Below, piece by piece: positions 28,567 through 41,400 of a DNA stretch of 64,000 nt (within the stretch, counting starts at the first letter, position 1; every line of letters begins with the position of its first letter). The translations under genes were made by a program, and so were the position numbers. A model generated the notes under the pieces. It was not told the origin of the DNA and searched no databases. It was given only the letters and a program-made list of their open reading frames with translations. Origin of the DNA: an uncultured Pseudomonadota bacterium (GTDB lineage Bacteria; Babelota; Babeliae; Babelales; JAUPTZ01); the NCBI GenBank assembly GCA_964429275.1, contig CAYSBJ010000001.1:62001-126000 (forward strand). The letters are read 5' to 3'.

Positions 28567-31500
28567 TTAAAATGGCCAACCGATGGGCTCTTGTTGAACC
28601 GATTCGAGGCCGCTTTTATACTGGGCCCAAAGCTCCGAACCCAGCATCTTCTCATTGATAAGCCCGCTATTTTTCTCTATGTAAGAACAAAGGTCAAACC
28701 TTCGGCTGCTAAGCAAGCTCTTAAAGAGATCTATTACTGCACCTTTTAAGTCTTCCGGCACATTAAGTTTGCCCCGCTTAAAGAGCAATGCGGCAAAATA
28801 TTTATTCTCTTTTGCAAGAGCATAAGCAAGAGCCCCCTTGCCAGCGCGGTCCGTACTATCAAGATCCGCTCCTCTCTTAAGAAGGCTGTCTACTATATCG
28901 ACTTCATCATTAATAATGGCAAGCATGAGGGCTGTTTTGCCATCATTTCCTTGATGATTTATGTCTAGACCCCCTACTTCACCAAGCGCCAATAGATAAT
29001 TGGAGAGCTTTTTGGCCCAATCCCTTTCAGGACTGCAAAGAGCACACATCAATGTGTTATATCCTTGTTTGTCGACAACCTTCAAATTCAGCTTAAATTT
29101 CTCTACAAAAAGCCTTACTGCTTGATCAACCGAGCTAAAACCGCGGAGATCCCTCAAGCCTATGATTTTTTTTAAGCACGCCAATTGTAACAAAGGAGCC
29201 TGATTCAAATCGAGTTGCGAGACTTCCGCAAAATGTTCAAGATACGAGTCGTCGAGAGACCAGGAGCTTAACAACTCTAGAAATTTTTTGCCTAAACGTC
29301 CCTTATCACTTGGCGCACAGCAAAAACCTAATTCACGAAGACCCGATGCCAACGCAAAGTGGCGATTCGAAACCGCCGCCACAAAAGCCTCCGATACTTC
29401 TGGACTTTTTAAATTCACGTGCTTACCAAGCCCATGCACAGCAAGATAAGCATAGACCAAAGGTTTTTTTGCCTCATCTAAAAGTTTTTGACCCCCAGCC
29501 GCAATATTCGCACCGTGGAGATGAAAAAATTCTACTGTATAAACATCACCACTGTTCACTGCATCAGCCAAAAATAGATTACTATACTCACACAACGCTT
29601 CTTTTTTTGTTCGCTCATTATAGCCCCTGGTCAAATGAGCTAGAGCTGTCTCCAAATTCATGGATGCACGGCGCTGAATAAACGATCGTATAGAAGCCTG
29701 ATCATCGGCACTCAGTGATCTAATTTCTTGCAATTCCTCCTGCAACACACTTGCTGTCGATTGTGCATTGGAAGGCACTTCAACGGGCGCTTCAATGGAA
29801 CCACTTCTTGAATCTGCAATTATTTCTAAGGTCTTATCAGATTTTACCAACGTATCTAAAGCCCCCGCAGCGCGAAGAATATTAACTAGTTCCTTATCCT
29901 TTTTTTGCACAGCAAGCGAAAGAGCTGTGTCACCATTTTTTGCCTGAGAATTAGGATTGGCTCCTCTCGCAAGAAGACTCCTTACGTACTCAATTTTGCC
30001 ATTTTTTACGGCCAGCATAAGCGCAGAAAAACCTGCATTGTCCTGACGATTGACATTTATCCGAGCCAAAGCGCTATCGCTGCGCCCATAAGATTCCGGC
30101 AGGCCCTGAAATAAAGATTTCTCCTCATCCGAAAGGATAATATCACACACCTCTTGCGCACACTGTCTTTCCTTGGATTCGTCTGCGAGAGCGCACATCA
30201 ACATATTCCGACCGCCACCATCCACAGCATCAAAATCGAGTCTGAAATCCAATGCAAACGTGGCTAACAAATTTCGCGTAGCGCCAGCCGCAATATAATC
30301 GCAGTTCCATAGCCCTGTTTTTCTGTAAAGTACTTTACAACATTCAAGCTGCTTTGCAGGCGTATTCAAGTGAAGTAGACACATATCGAAAAAGCCATTT
30401 AGGGAGTTATTTTTATCCATAAAAAGAGCAGGCGTCCAGTCCGGCAAAAGAAGCAAAAACTTCTCAAACAGAGCCTCTTGGTCAGCATTTTTAGGATCAA
30501 AACCCAAGTCACACAAACCTCGTGCTAAAACCAGATCACCTTTGTGCATCGCCTTCAAAAAAAGCTGCGCCATTTGCGGAGCAGCGGGATCTACATACTC
30601 ACGAAGTCCATTCTCAGCAAGATAGATATAAACAGCAGGATCTACTGCCTTCTTCAAAAGTTCTTTGCCCCCAGCTTTAATATCAACGCCCAACTCAGTA
30701 TGCAAATACCGCACCAGCCCTTCATCACCCCATTGCACCGCATCAGATAAAAATAAGCTGCCATAATGCGCTTTTGCTCGCGCCTCAAAACCTGCGACTG
30801 CCTTATCTAGTAAATTTTGTGCATAAGTAAAATTACTATCAAACCCGACAATAAATTGACGTATTCTAGCCTCAAGTGAAGGGGCAAGCGGTTTAATCTC
30901 CTGTAACTCTTTTACTCTGCCTGATTCTACCTGAGGCGCCGACTGAGGCAAAATTGATTGGAATTCCGGCTTTGCCATTACTTCTAGGAGCTCAACTGCT
31001 GACGCTGATTCCTGCCCAACAGACTCATTAGCACGCATCAACTCATGCACAGGATTTTCAACAACTGCAGTGTCATCGGCCCTTTCACCCACAGCGGTAG
31101 GGACATCTTCACTGCCATCAGTCACAGCCAACCCCGTCTCAGCCGTAACCTGAGCATCCAGCGGCTCACTCTCCTGGCGTTGTTCTTCCCTGGCTGGTTC
31201 TACCTGAGGCGCCGGCTGAAGCAAAATTGATGGGAATTCCGGCTTTGCCATTACTTCTAGGAGCTCAACTGCGGACGCTGATTCCTGCCCAACAGACTCA
31301 TTAGCACCCATCGACTCATGCACAGGATTTTCAACAACTGCAGTATCATCGGCCCTTTCACCCACAGCGGTAGGGACATCTTCACTGCCACCAGCGAGAA
31401 AGGCAAGTAACGCAGTCATCAAGACCGAAGCCCCGCCTGCTTTGAGCAAAGTGTTTACCCGTTTTTTTGCCAATTTATAGGCATTTTTCCGTTCTTCTGA

Positions 31501-31710
31501 GGTGTTTTCAGCCAAATCTATTCGAGCTTTTTTAAGCTGATTATAGGCAAGCAGCAGAGCAACGCCCACACCACCAGCTGCTATCGCACCACCGGTCAGG
31601 ACGTGCTTTCGATATCCAGAGGAAGTGCTCTTTGAAACCGGGCCAGCAAAACTTTGCATTGGCAGCAAAAGCACCACAAACAAAAAGAACGAAGAAAAAC
31701 GCTTTTGCAT
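28567..31710 (-). CDS. Exported ankyrin-repeat protein with N-terminal hydrophobic hairpin and internal duplications
   Basis: GFSALMLAV, GDTALSLAV, GKTALMLAI; signal peptide plus two hydrophobic helices. Confidence 0.87.
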   Translation of the reverse strand: MQKRFSSFFLFVVLLLPMQSFAGPVSKSTSSGYRKHVLTGGAIAAGGVGVALLLAYNQLKKARIDLAENTSEERKNAYKLAKKRVNTLLKAGGASVLMTALLAFLAGGSEDVPTAVGERADDTAVVENPVHESMGANESVGQESASAVELLEVMAKPEFPSILLQPAPQVEPAREEQRQESEPLDAQVTAETGLAVTDGSEDVPTAVGERADDTAVVENPVHELMRANESVGQESASAVELLEVMAKPEFQSILPQSAPQVESGRVKELQEIKPLAPSLEARIRQFIVGFDSNFTYAQNLLDKAVAGFEARAKAHYGSLFLSDAVQWGDEGLVRYLHTELGVDIKAGGKELLKKAVDPAVYIYLAENGLREYVDPAAPQMAQLFLKAMHKGDLVLARGLCDLGFDPKNADQEALFEKFLLLLPDWTPALFMDKNNSLNGFFDMCLLHLNTPAKQLECCKVLYRKTGLWNCDYIAAGATRNLLATFALDFRLDFDAVDGGGRNMLMCALADESKERQCAQEVCDIILSDEEKSLFQGLPESYGRSDSALARINVNRQDNAGFSALMLAVKNGKIEYVRSLLARGANPNSQAKNGDTALSLAVQKKDKELVNILRAAGALDTLVKSDKTLEIIADSRSGSIEAPVEVPSNAQSTASVLQEELQEIRSLSADDQASIRSFIQRRASMNLETALAHLTRGYNERTKKEALCEYSNLFLADAVNSGDVYTVEFFHLHGANIAAGGQKLLDEAKKPLVYAYLAVHGLGKHVNLKSPEVSEAFVAAVSNRHFALASGLRELGFCCAPSDKGRLGKKFLELLSSWSLDDSYLEHFAEVSQLDLNQAPLLQLACLKKIIGLRDLRGFSSVDQAVRLFVEKFKLNLKVVDKQGYNTLMCALCSPERDWAKKLSNYLLALGEVGGLDINHQGNDGKTALMLAIINDEVDIVDSLLKRGADLDSTDRAGKGALAYALAKENKYFAALLFKRGKLNVPEDLKGAVIDLFKSLLSSRRFDLCSYIEKNSGLINEKMLGSELWAQYKSGLESVQQEPIGWPF
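30925..31390. repeat. Intragenic 193-nt direct repeat (30925..31117 and 31198..31390)
   Basis: Near-identical copies offset by 273 nt (in frame), encoding GSEDVPTAVGERADD...APQVE twice. Confidence 0.95.
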
Positions 31711-31860
31711 AGAAAAATCCTTTAAAATTAGACTAATTGAAACCTTGTCTCAGTGTACCCGTAACCCGCGAGGCCCGTCAAGTCGCTGGACAGGAATTCA
31801 AAAAAGTGGCTATAATTCCGCTGCCGTCCCCAAAGTGCACAACTATTAAAAGGATTTCTC

Positions 31861-33051
31861 ATGAAACGGCTTCGCTTACTACTCCTCCTCACCCTCACCA
31901 TACTTACCCCAATCACCCCGACCGGCAGGCGCCTGCCTGAAAACGTTGGCGGAGAAATAGCCACAATCGCCCCCCGTAAAGCTCAAAGGCCAAAATGGCT
32001 TACAGCAGCAGAAAACTACATCGCTCCAGCTAAAATCCCAGAGAAGTTGGAGGTGGAAACTGTTTTCGGAACGATCAATGTAACGGAGCCGGTTCTTATC
32101 GAACTCCTTCAGCACCCGGTCGTTCAACGCATGAAAGAAATTGACCAGCACGGCCCACCAACCTACTTCATCAATCGCGCTACCTTTTCTCGGTATGACC
32201 ACTGTCTCGGTGTATTTGCCTTACTGCGAATGCACGGCAGGCCGTTAGCTGAGCAGGTGGCCGGCCTTCTCCACGATGCCTCACACACCACCTTCTGCCA
32301 CGTTGCCGACCACCTTTTCAAGACAGGCAATCAGCACGCCTATCAAGATATAATTCATAATTGGTACCTTCAAAAGATGCAGGTAGACCAAGTACTTGAA
32401 CGCTACGGCCTCACTATCGAAGAAATAAATCCAGAGCAACCAGCCTATATCGCCCTCGAACAACACCACCCACGACTCTGTGCCGACCGCATCCAGTACA
32501 TCATCAATACCGGGCTCATGCTTGGACGTCTAACACAAGAAGATCTCAGAAATATCCTCGATTCCTTGTCCTTTGAAGGAAACAACTGGGTTTTCAGCGA
32601 TAAAGCCGCAGCGCGCACATTTGCCGATGTCTCCGTTTATTGCACCGAGCATATCTGGAGCGCTCCAATCGAGCTTGCCTGGCGGCACTGGCTGTGCAGC
32701 GCCCTTCAACAAGCGATTGCTATCGATTTAATTAGCTCTGATGATATCCATTTCGGAGTAGACGCCGAAGTCCTCGAGCGACTAAACAACTCGACCGACA
32801 AGCATATCAAAGAGATGATGGCAAAATGCTACAACGCCCAACAACACTTTAATACAGTGACGGCTGGCGACCCATATGACATGGTAGATATGCCAAAAAT
32901 TCGTGCTGTAGACCCTTTAATACGCCGAGAGGAGGAGAACGTAGCAACTCCACTCACACAACTGGACAACGAGTATCGCATCCAGGTAGACGAGCTCCGC
33001 AGCCGCCTGAGTGGTGGGGTGCGTATTAAGCTCCTAGCCGCAGAAACCTAG
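31861..33051 (+). CDS. HD-domain phosphohydrolase with signal peptide; paralog of 27356..28534
   Basis: RMKEIDQHG, SRYDHCLGV, GLLHDASHTTFCH, CADRIQY. Confidence 0.88.
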   Translation: MKRLRLLLLLTLTILTPITPTGRRLPENVGGEIATIAPRKAQRPKWLTAAENYIAPAKIPEKLEVETVFGTINVTEPVLIELLQHPVVQRMKEIDQHGPPTYFINRATFSRYDHCLGVFALLRMHGRPLAEQVAGLLHDASHTTFCHVADHLFKTGNQHAYQDIIHNWYLQKMQVDQVLERYGLTIEEINPEQPAYIALEQHHPRLCADRIQYIINTGLMLGRLTQEDLRNILDSLSFEGNNWVFSDKAAARTFADVSVYCTEHIWSAPIELAWRHWLCSALQQAIAIDLISSDDIHFGVDAEVLERLNNSTDKHIKEMMAKCYNAQQHFNTVTAGDPYDMVDMPKIRAVDPLIRREEENVATPLTQLDNEYRIQVDELRSRLSGGVRIKLLAAET

Positions 33052-33142
33052 ACACTGACAACGTCTCACGTATTGCATTATTTTCCTCTTCGGGTAATCT
33101 CTTCTCAGTAAATATAAACTATTTTTACAGGAGTTTTATACT

Positions 33143-33436
33143 ATGGCGACAATCATCCCTCTTCGCGACCGTGTTTTGATAAAAAGAACCGAAAAAGAAG
33201 AACGAACGGTCTCGGGGATAATACTTCCGGCAACTGCGCAAGAAAAAACACATTGGGGCACTGTCCTTGCTACCGGAAGCGGACGCATTGATAATCAAGG
33301 AAATCTCCACCCCGTTTCAGTAAAAAATGGCGATCTTGTCGTTTTTACTAAATACACTGGCACTGAATTCAAATTCGAAGAAGAAGAATATTTAATCTTG
33401 CGAGAAGAAGATATTCTCGGCGTCGTACAACAATAA
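33143..33436 (+). CDS. groES: Co-chaperonin GroES
   Basis: PLRDRVLIK, SGIILP, LREEDILG. Confidence 0.97.
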   Translation: MATIIPLRDRVLIKRTEKEERTVSGIILPATAQEKTHWGTVLATGSGRIDNQGNLHPVSVKNGDLVVFTKYTGTEFKFEEEEYLILREEDILGVVQQ

Positions 33437-33445
33437 TTTTAGTAG

Positions 33446-35095
<1,650 letters not shown>

Positions 35096-35120
35096 TAATC
35101 TTTATCCCAACATGGATAGC

Positions 35121-35166
35121 AATAAGGACCCAACTTCTAAAGGGAGTTGGGTCCTTATTCGTTTTT
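35121..35166. terminator. Terminator between groEL and the convergent gene
   Basis: AATAAGGACCCAACT ... AGTTGGGTCCTTATT followed by a T-run. Confidence 0.85.
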
Positions 35167-36502
35167 AAGAGCTACTACGCTTCTTATATTGATGCCAAAT
35201 TCCTACTGCTCCTAAGGAAGAAAAAACCCCCAATCCTACCAACAGGCGCCGTACTTTTTTCTTTTCCTTTTCCAACTCAACAAGGGCAGCTCTATCCTGA
35301 GTGCCTGCTTTCATTTTTTCTAATGAGCGCAAACGCAACAATAAAAGAACAGCCAGCAAACCGCCAACAGCAGTTCCCGTCCCCAAAAGTGGTAATAAGA
35401 TCGCCAGACTTCCGCCCTCAGTCGCTGTAATATTACTAATGTGTTCTCTCTGCGACTGATCCCGACCGGTCACAATAGCGGGGATAAGCTCCTTGTCGGC
35501 TGATTTTTTTGATTGCGTCTCTGCTTGCACAAATGCGGGTGCGTCTAATTCTTCGAGCGCCATACGTTGGCGCTCTTCAGATTGCTTCTGTTCCTCCTTA
35601 AGTGCAATCTGGCGCGCCGCCTCCACCGCTTCAGCTTCTCGTGCTATGCGAGCTTTCTCAGCTAATTCCAAAGCCGCTATTTCGCCAGCTATTCTCTTTG
35701 ACTCTGCCAATGCAGCTTGCTCACGAGCCTCCCTCTCTCGCGACTCTGCTTCTAATGTCTCAACTTTACTTTTAATCATTTTGGGAAGCTCTTTATTTGG
35801 ATCAAACTCATCACTAAACGACAAACTTGAAACAAGCTTCCATAAACGTATTTTTTCCGCATGAGAGCGGTTCTCATGTCCTGGCGAGACTAAAGTTTGG
35901 AGCGCTTTAATCGGCAGGTGAACTCCATTAGCCTCCTTCTCTTCATACACTGCATTTAACTTTCGCATATCATCAAGCAACCTCTCAGGGCACTCCTCTC
36001 TTGAGCCGTAATAATACCAGGTACTTACTGTCGCAGGTTCCTTCTTAAGCCAGTTGGTTAGAAATTGAAGCTCCTCAGGGGACGCATAATCACCTGAAAG
36101 AGCCTTGCGAGCAATAACAATCGGAGGCAAACGTTCCGGAACCTCATACTTCAACCAAGATAATAAAAAAATCCGCAAAAAAGCGAAGAAATAGTGCTTA
36201 TTAGCAGCAGCCGCCGCCAGCGACTTTTGTTCAATCTTCACGCACAAACTTTTAATATCAAGCTCCCCGGATAACAAAGCAGGACGCAGCTTTTCTTTAG
36301 CAATTGCAAGGTATTTATCATATCCATGCGCAGAAAAATCAGTATCCTCGAGAGCATCAATAAAATTTGCTACCGCCGCCCACGCATTCTCCTCCGAAGA
36401 AAAAGATTTAGTCTCGGCTAGCCCTTGCACTGCAGCAATCACTAATGAATTAGATAACAATGCGAAACTACACACTAAAAAATACATCGTCCTACCTTTC
36501 AT
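35165..36502 (-). CDS. Exported coiled-coil protein with C-terminal hydrophobic hairpin
   Basis: Signal peptide; E/A/R coiled coil; two hydrophobic helices separated by a basic coil at the C-terminus. Confidence 0.75.
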   Translation of the reverse strand: MKGRTMYFLVCSFALLSNSLVIAAVQGLAETKSFSSEENAWAAVANFIDALEDTDFSAHGYDKYLAIAKEKLRPALLSGELDIKSLCVKIEQKSLAAAAANKHYFFAFLRIFLLSWLKYEVPERLPPIVIARKALSGDYASPEELQFLTNWLKKEPATVSTWYYYGSREECPERLLDDMRKLNAVYEEKEANGVHLPIKALQTLVSPGHENRSHAEKIRLWKLVSSLSFSDEFDPNKELPKMIKSKVETLEAESREREAREQAALAESKRIAGEIAALELAEKARIAREAEAVEAARQIALKEEQKQSEERQRMALEELDAPAFVQAETQSKKSADKELIPAIVTGRDQSQREHISNITATEGGSLAILLPLLGTGTAVGGLLAVLLLLRLRSLEKMKAGTQDRAALVELEKEKKKVRRLLVGLGVFSSLGAVGIWHQYKKRSSS

Positions 36503-36660
36503 AAAAGTATGGTCTCGTCAGTCTAAAAGCCTGGCTGCCCCAGTTCAAGCGTCTAAAATAAAACCAATACAAATGCAGTATTGACAGACAAATTCCCCAA
36601 TAAAGTATGCTGCTCCCTCACTTAAGCAATTCTGTTCGCCCGCAAGAAAGGACCGCTGGC

Positions 36661-38478
36661 ATGCGCCACCACACACTACTCCTTTTACTCTGCCTTACGA
36701 GCTGCATAGCATCTCTGAGCGCTTTTCAGCCTTATGTATCGTATCGTCCGGCTCCTATTCCCGAAATTGGACTCAATCGAAACAGCTACTCCCCTTTCTT
36801 CGTTGAAACTACTACCTCGATGTATGGGCAACTAGCCCACGAGTGTTTTCTGGAAGACCTCAAAGATCGCTATCAATTAAGCGCTCTCTATTTTGGTAGC
36901 GACGACTTTCGCCTAAGCCACATGTTTCAAAACTGCCAAGTACCAACAAACACAAAAAACTACAATCCTTATGTTCGCGTGCTCCGCATGCAGCCGAAAG
37001 TGGAATTTAGCGAGGTTGGCTCCATTTTTGCCTTGCGAGCAGAAGCAGCAGTTGGACCAAACAAATGGTTCCATGTTGGCATAAAAGCCTCCTTGCCATT
37101 TAAGCGACGCGAAATAAATCGCAAAGATATTGGCGCTCGCGGCGTGGCAAACGTACAAGATTTGGCAAGCACAGCAGAAGGACAAGTTGGCGGTACCGAT
37201 ATTGGTGCCGTTAGTGCATACCGACTCGATTTTATCGAAGCTATTCCAGCTTTTGGAGCACTATCTGGACCCGCAGATTATACTGAAAGCATTGCATATA
37301 ATCTTGGCGGTGCCACCGGCGATACCACTCTCTTTACTTCAACAATTCTGAATACCACATACCCAACCAGCAGCGGTAGCATTGGCGGAGCCATAATAAA
37401 GAAAGCGGAAACAGCGATTCCAGGCCCAAGCGAAATCGTAATTTCAGACGTCCCCTTTGGTGTAACCAATACCCAAGTTGATGAGCTTCTGCCACAAAAT
37501 ATCGCATTTGCTCAAACAGGCAAAGTCTATCAGGTACAAACCGCTGTCGATTACACCGGCATATTAGATAGCGCCACTAAAAGTGTCGATCAGCGCATAG
37601 CAGACCAAGACACTAAAGCAACTTTATGGGTAATCGGTACCTACAATAGCGATAGCGAAGCAACAACTGACTCAACCTTTGACCTGAGCACGACTATGTC
37701 GAGTAAGATAAAGGGGTATAATCAAAATGAATATGAATGGTTCTACCAACGCAATTACATTCTTGAATCGCAAATCGCTGACGGCATTGGCGATGCAACG
37801 GTCGAAGCGTATATCGCCTGCGACCTCTTTGATTCGTTTCAACTACGACTCCGCGGGGGCGCCGTTCTACCGACGGCACGACAAAAGACAACTGGCCTCA
37901 ATCCTTATGCTATACACCTAGGCAATCGTGGCCACACCGAGGTATTTATTGCAAGCGGTGTCACCATAGCAATCCCTAAGAGCTCCTGGTTTGTCACCTC
38001 AGATATCCAGTACACAACCGCACTCAATGCTCTTGAATACATATCAGCCACTCCTGTTGGCGCACAAATAAAAAATATGGGGCCTGAAACACAAGCAAAT
38101 ATCTCGTGGCACAGCGCGCAAGGTAATGTCTGGCTTCATTTACAACATCCAGAAACAACAGCACTTACTTTTGCGATAGGCTATGATTGGTATGCCAAGA
38201 TAGAAGACACACTCACCTTCGTTTCGAGCACTATAGAATCATTTCTTGGCAAAACCTACAATGCCACGACACAAAAGTTTGATATTGCAAACCCATTGAC
38301 GCTAGACACGGAGATCGCTAAAAAAAATACCGGTATGGTCAGCCACACACTGCGCTGCTCAACAACCTATCAACCTTCACCGTATATAAAATTTTATGGC
38401 CAATTGGGCTACATACTTGCAGGACGTAATTGTCCTCAAATCACTGAGTATTCCATCGGTTGCTCTATCTCGTATTAG
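36661..38478 (+). CDS. Predicted outer-membrane beta-barrel protein with central insertion
   Basis: Signal peptide; alternating amphipathic strands; terminal YSIGCSISY ending in an aromatic residue. Confidence 0.6.
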   Translation: MRHHTLLLLLCLTSCIASLSAFQPYVSYRPAPIPEIGLNRNSYSPFFVETTTSMYGQLAHECFLEDLKDRYQLSALYFGSDDFRLSHMFQNCQVPTNTKNYNPYVRVLRMQPKVEFSEVGSIFALRAEAAVGPNKWFHVGIKASLPFKRREINRKDIGARGVANVQDLASTAEGQVGGTDIGAVSAYRLDFIEAIPAFGALSGPADYTESIAYNLGGATGDTTLFTSTILNTTYPTSSGSIGGAIIKKAETAIPGPSEIVISDVPFGVTNTQVDELLPQNIAFAQTGKVYQVQTAVDYTGILDSATKSVDQRIADQDTKATLWVIGTYNSDSEATTDSTFDLSTTMSSKIKGYNQNEYEWFYQRNYILESQIADGIGDATVEAYIACDLFDSFQLRLRGGAVLPTARQKTTGLNPYAIHLGNRGHTEVFIASGVTIAIPKSSWFVTSDIQYTTALNALEYISATPVGAQIKNMGPETQANISWHSAQGNVWLHLQHPETTALTFAIGYDWYAKIEDTLTFVSSTIESFLGKTYNATTQKFDIANPLTLDTEIAKKNTGMVSHTLRCSTTYQPSPYIKFYGQLGYILAGRNCPQITEYSIGCSISY

Positions 38479-38487
38479 GAGTTTGTT

Positions 38488-41400
38488 ATGAACCGTACCC
38501 TTCACTTTCTCTTTATAACATGCCTTACAATTACCGGTGGCCTTATGGCTTCTGATCCATACCAGTCATACGTAGACGACCTGGCAGCAAAAGTAACGCT
38601 CGTGAACAACCTTGCTAGTGAGTTTGGCGCGCCACTGGTAACTGATGCAACCAATACCAAAACTGCAGTTACCACCAGCCACACCACAATTACGGCATTT
38701 ATTGATACGTTTGGCGGCAGCGCTCCCTCGGAACTAACAACAATTCAAGCCTCTCTTGCAACTCTTATAACGATATGTGATGACTACATAATTATCGGAA
38801 CTCTGCATAACTCGCTCGCTACCGCTCTCTATACACTGGCTACCATTGACATTTCACAATCAGCAAGCACCAATGCCTCTATTATTAGTACCGGGGTTTC
38901 AACTCTCACCACAGTCATCGGTTCATATGCAACAACACACGCCCTCGGGCTTGGTGGCGAGGGTGGCATTCAAAATAGCGCACAATGGAACCTCTTCTTA
39001 ACTGATTACGCACGCGCAATTATTGCTTTTAACGCCTCTTCGCCAGCCGGAATAGCGCAACGGCTGCAAACATTTGCCACTCACAACATAACTCTTGAAT
39101 CAAACCTTGCTGCGGTTCCGTCACCGAGCGATGACACGGTCATTGACTATGACACCAGCTACACGGGAGCCCAAGCAACAGTAACCGCGACAGCAAATAC
39201 TGTGATAAGCGATCTTGCAGCAGTCACCACCCAACTCGCCTTGCTAACCGCAAGCAATCAAGCAACTCAGGATGACCAAATCGATTACATCGCAGATTCA
39301 TCTATTGTACTACAATCAAAAGTTGATCAATTTAACTCACACACTACCGCGATCAAAAATAAAGCAGCCCTCGGTGTATCGGATATTGCCTTACGGGTTC
39401 TACAGCGACAACTTCTTTTTGACACCGTCACCTACACACAAAAACAGACCCTCATTGACTCCATTACTACCAATCTTGCTGGGAACTCCACTGCCGCAGC
39501 CAATGTCCAATCAGCCGTCAGCGATGTTGGCGCATTACTAACTATCACTCCACCAAGTTTTAACTGTGGTCCTGTAACACCTTCCTCATCGCCAACAGAT
39601 GCACTTGAAGCCATGCAAGCTGAAGTTGATGCGCAAGTGACAACGTACTTAAACAACCTTACAACAACCATAAGAAACCTTTTCGTTTCCCCGCCAAACC
39701 AAGATACTCTTGATGCAGCGCTTCAAACATTAACTCCTGCCGTCTATATCCAAATGACGGCGAACGTGATGTTGAGCTGGCTTACTCAGCGGGTATCTGA
39801 TCTTGGAGCAAATAGTAGCATAAGCCTCGCAGATGCAACTGTAGCTAAATACGTTGCTGAATGGAATGCGTTAAGAACCGTACTTGCAAGTTCTAATGCT
39901 GCAGGAAATACTCTTATCAGTAGCGCGGCTCTGGCACGAATAGCAACCGCACAAAGCAATACAAATTACGCAAGTCTTTTCAACTCGCTACCCGGAAGTG
40001 AAGCCGGAACTGCATTTACGCTGAGGGTAAATGCACTCTTGAAGCTTCCCAGTGGCAGCATACCAACCATTAAAACGCAAGGAATAAATGAATTCCAACG
40101 TCTTGCCGTACAAGTTATTGTCGCTATCCAAAACGGCTCACTCACTGCTCCTGCAACTACCACAACCAACGCTTCTGCCACAACACCAAGCCCTCTAACA
40201 GTACCTGGCTCGCCCAGTACCACCATTAGCGATACCAACATTATGACTTCGCAATTAGATGATGGTGACGAAATCCTTATTACCGGCTCCGGCACGCTAG
40301 GAACCCGCCTTCGCGACCCCATCTTTGCCTCCAGTATCTCTAATAAGCTTTCAGCCGCAGTTAAAATATTTATGAATCAAAGTGCTCGCATAGGCCTAGG
40401 AACAGCAAATATTAGTGCTCACCCCGGAAATACACTTAACGTTCTTGGTGGTAGTGGAGCTTCGGAATCCACATCAGTCCAAATTATACCGGATGGAAAC
40501 TGCTTTCTCGATGTTAATTCAGACCTAATAATCGGGGGCAGTAAGCCAATCATCCCGACTCCTAACTTTGGTACTGATGTGCATCAAATCACCTTTTACT
40601 CTCCGGTTCCTCGCACCATAACCGTTACAGCTAACACTACCTGGGACCTCAGCGATTTTGGCTCCACCGGGAGTGGATACATAGACTACGGAAAACAAAT
40701 TGTATTTGCTGGCCAAATTCGCTTAGTACTCGAACCAGGAGCAAAAATTAGATTTCCCCATGTCGACCCATCCAATATCGCGCAAACGGTCGTTCTCTAT
40801 TTTGATGATCAGGCCTCCATCGTATTCCAAGGAGACCCTCTAGTAATAGGAAAACCATGGACCGACTCCGGTATCGCAGGAACAGACTGTAAACGCAGCA
40901 AAATTCTTGGCATGGGACAAATTTGGCTCAATAAAACATCCAAAATGATTATCAATAAGCCAGCCCTTGTCGGGATTGAAGCCGATTACACAACCCCCAA
41001 AACCGACATAACACTCAGCTTGCAACGAAACGCCCAGGTTTTAATTGGCACCAGTAGTACTGCTGGCGGCGCCCTGCAGATTGGAAACATGTATGATGGC
41101 GGTAGCAGTGCAAACCCAGAAGCTGCAGACGAGGATCCCTATTTCCCTAATAGCCCAGTCCACAGTGAATTCTCACCACATATCACCAGCGTAGATTTCA
41201 CTCTTACGATAAACGGCGATCAACCACTCTTTCAAATCGGGCGGCAAGGCTTTTTTGGTATTGCGGCAGGAATAATAAATAAAGATGGGGCTCCATCTTC
41301 TACCTCACAAGCCCCAAACGGTGTGAGCGGTGTACCACACAGCGCGTGGCAGCTCCAACGGCTCTACAACGTAGGCAACATAACACTTAACATCACACAA

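Noticed and set aside
30925..31390. Near-identical repeat pair as a DGR template/variable region
   Set aside because: Both copies are in one reading frame, the mismatches are not confined to adenines, and there is no reverse transcriptase in the window.
33052..33142. CIRCE element upstream of groES
   Set aside because: No TTAGCACTC-N9-GAGTGCTAA found
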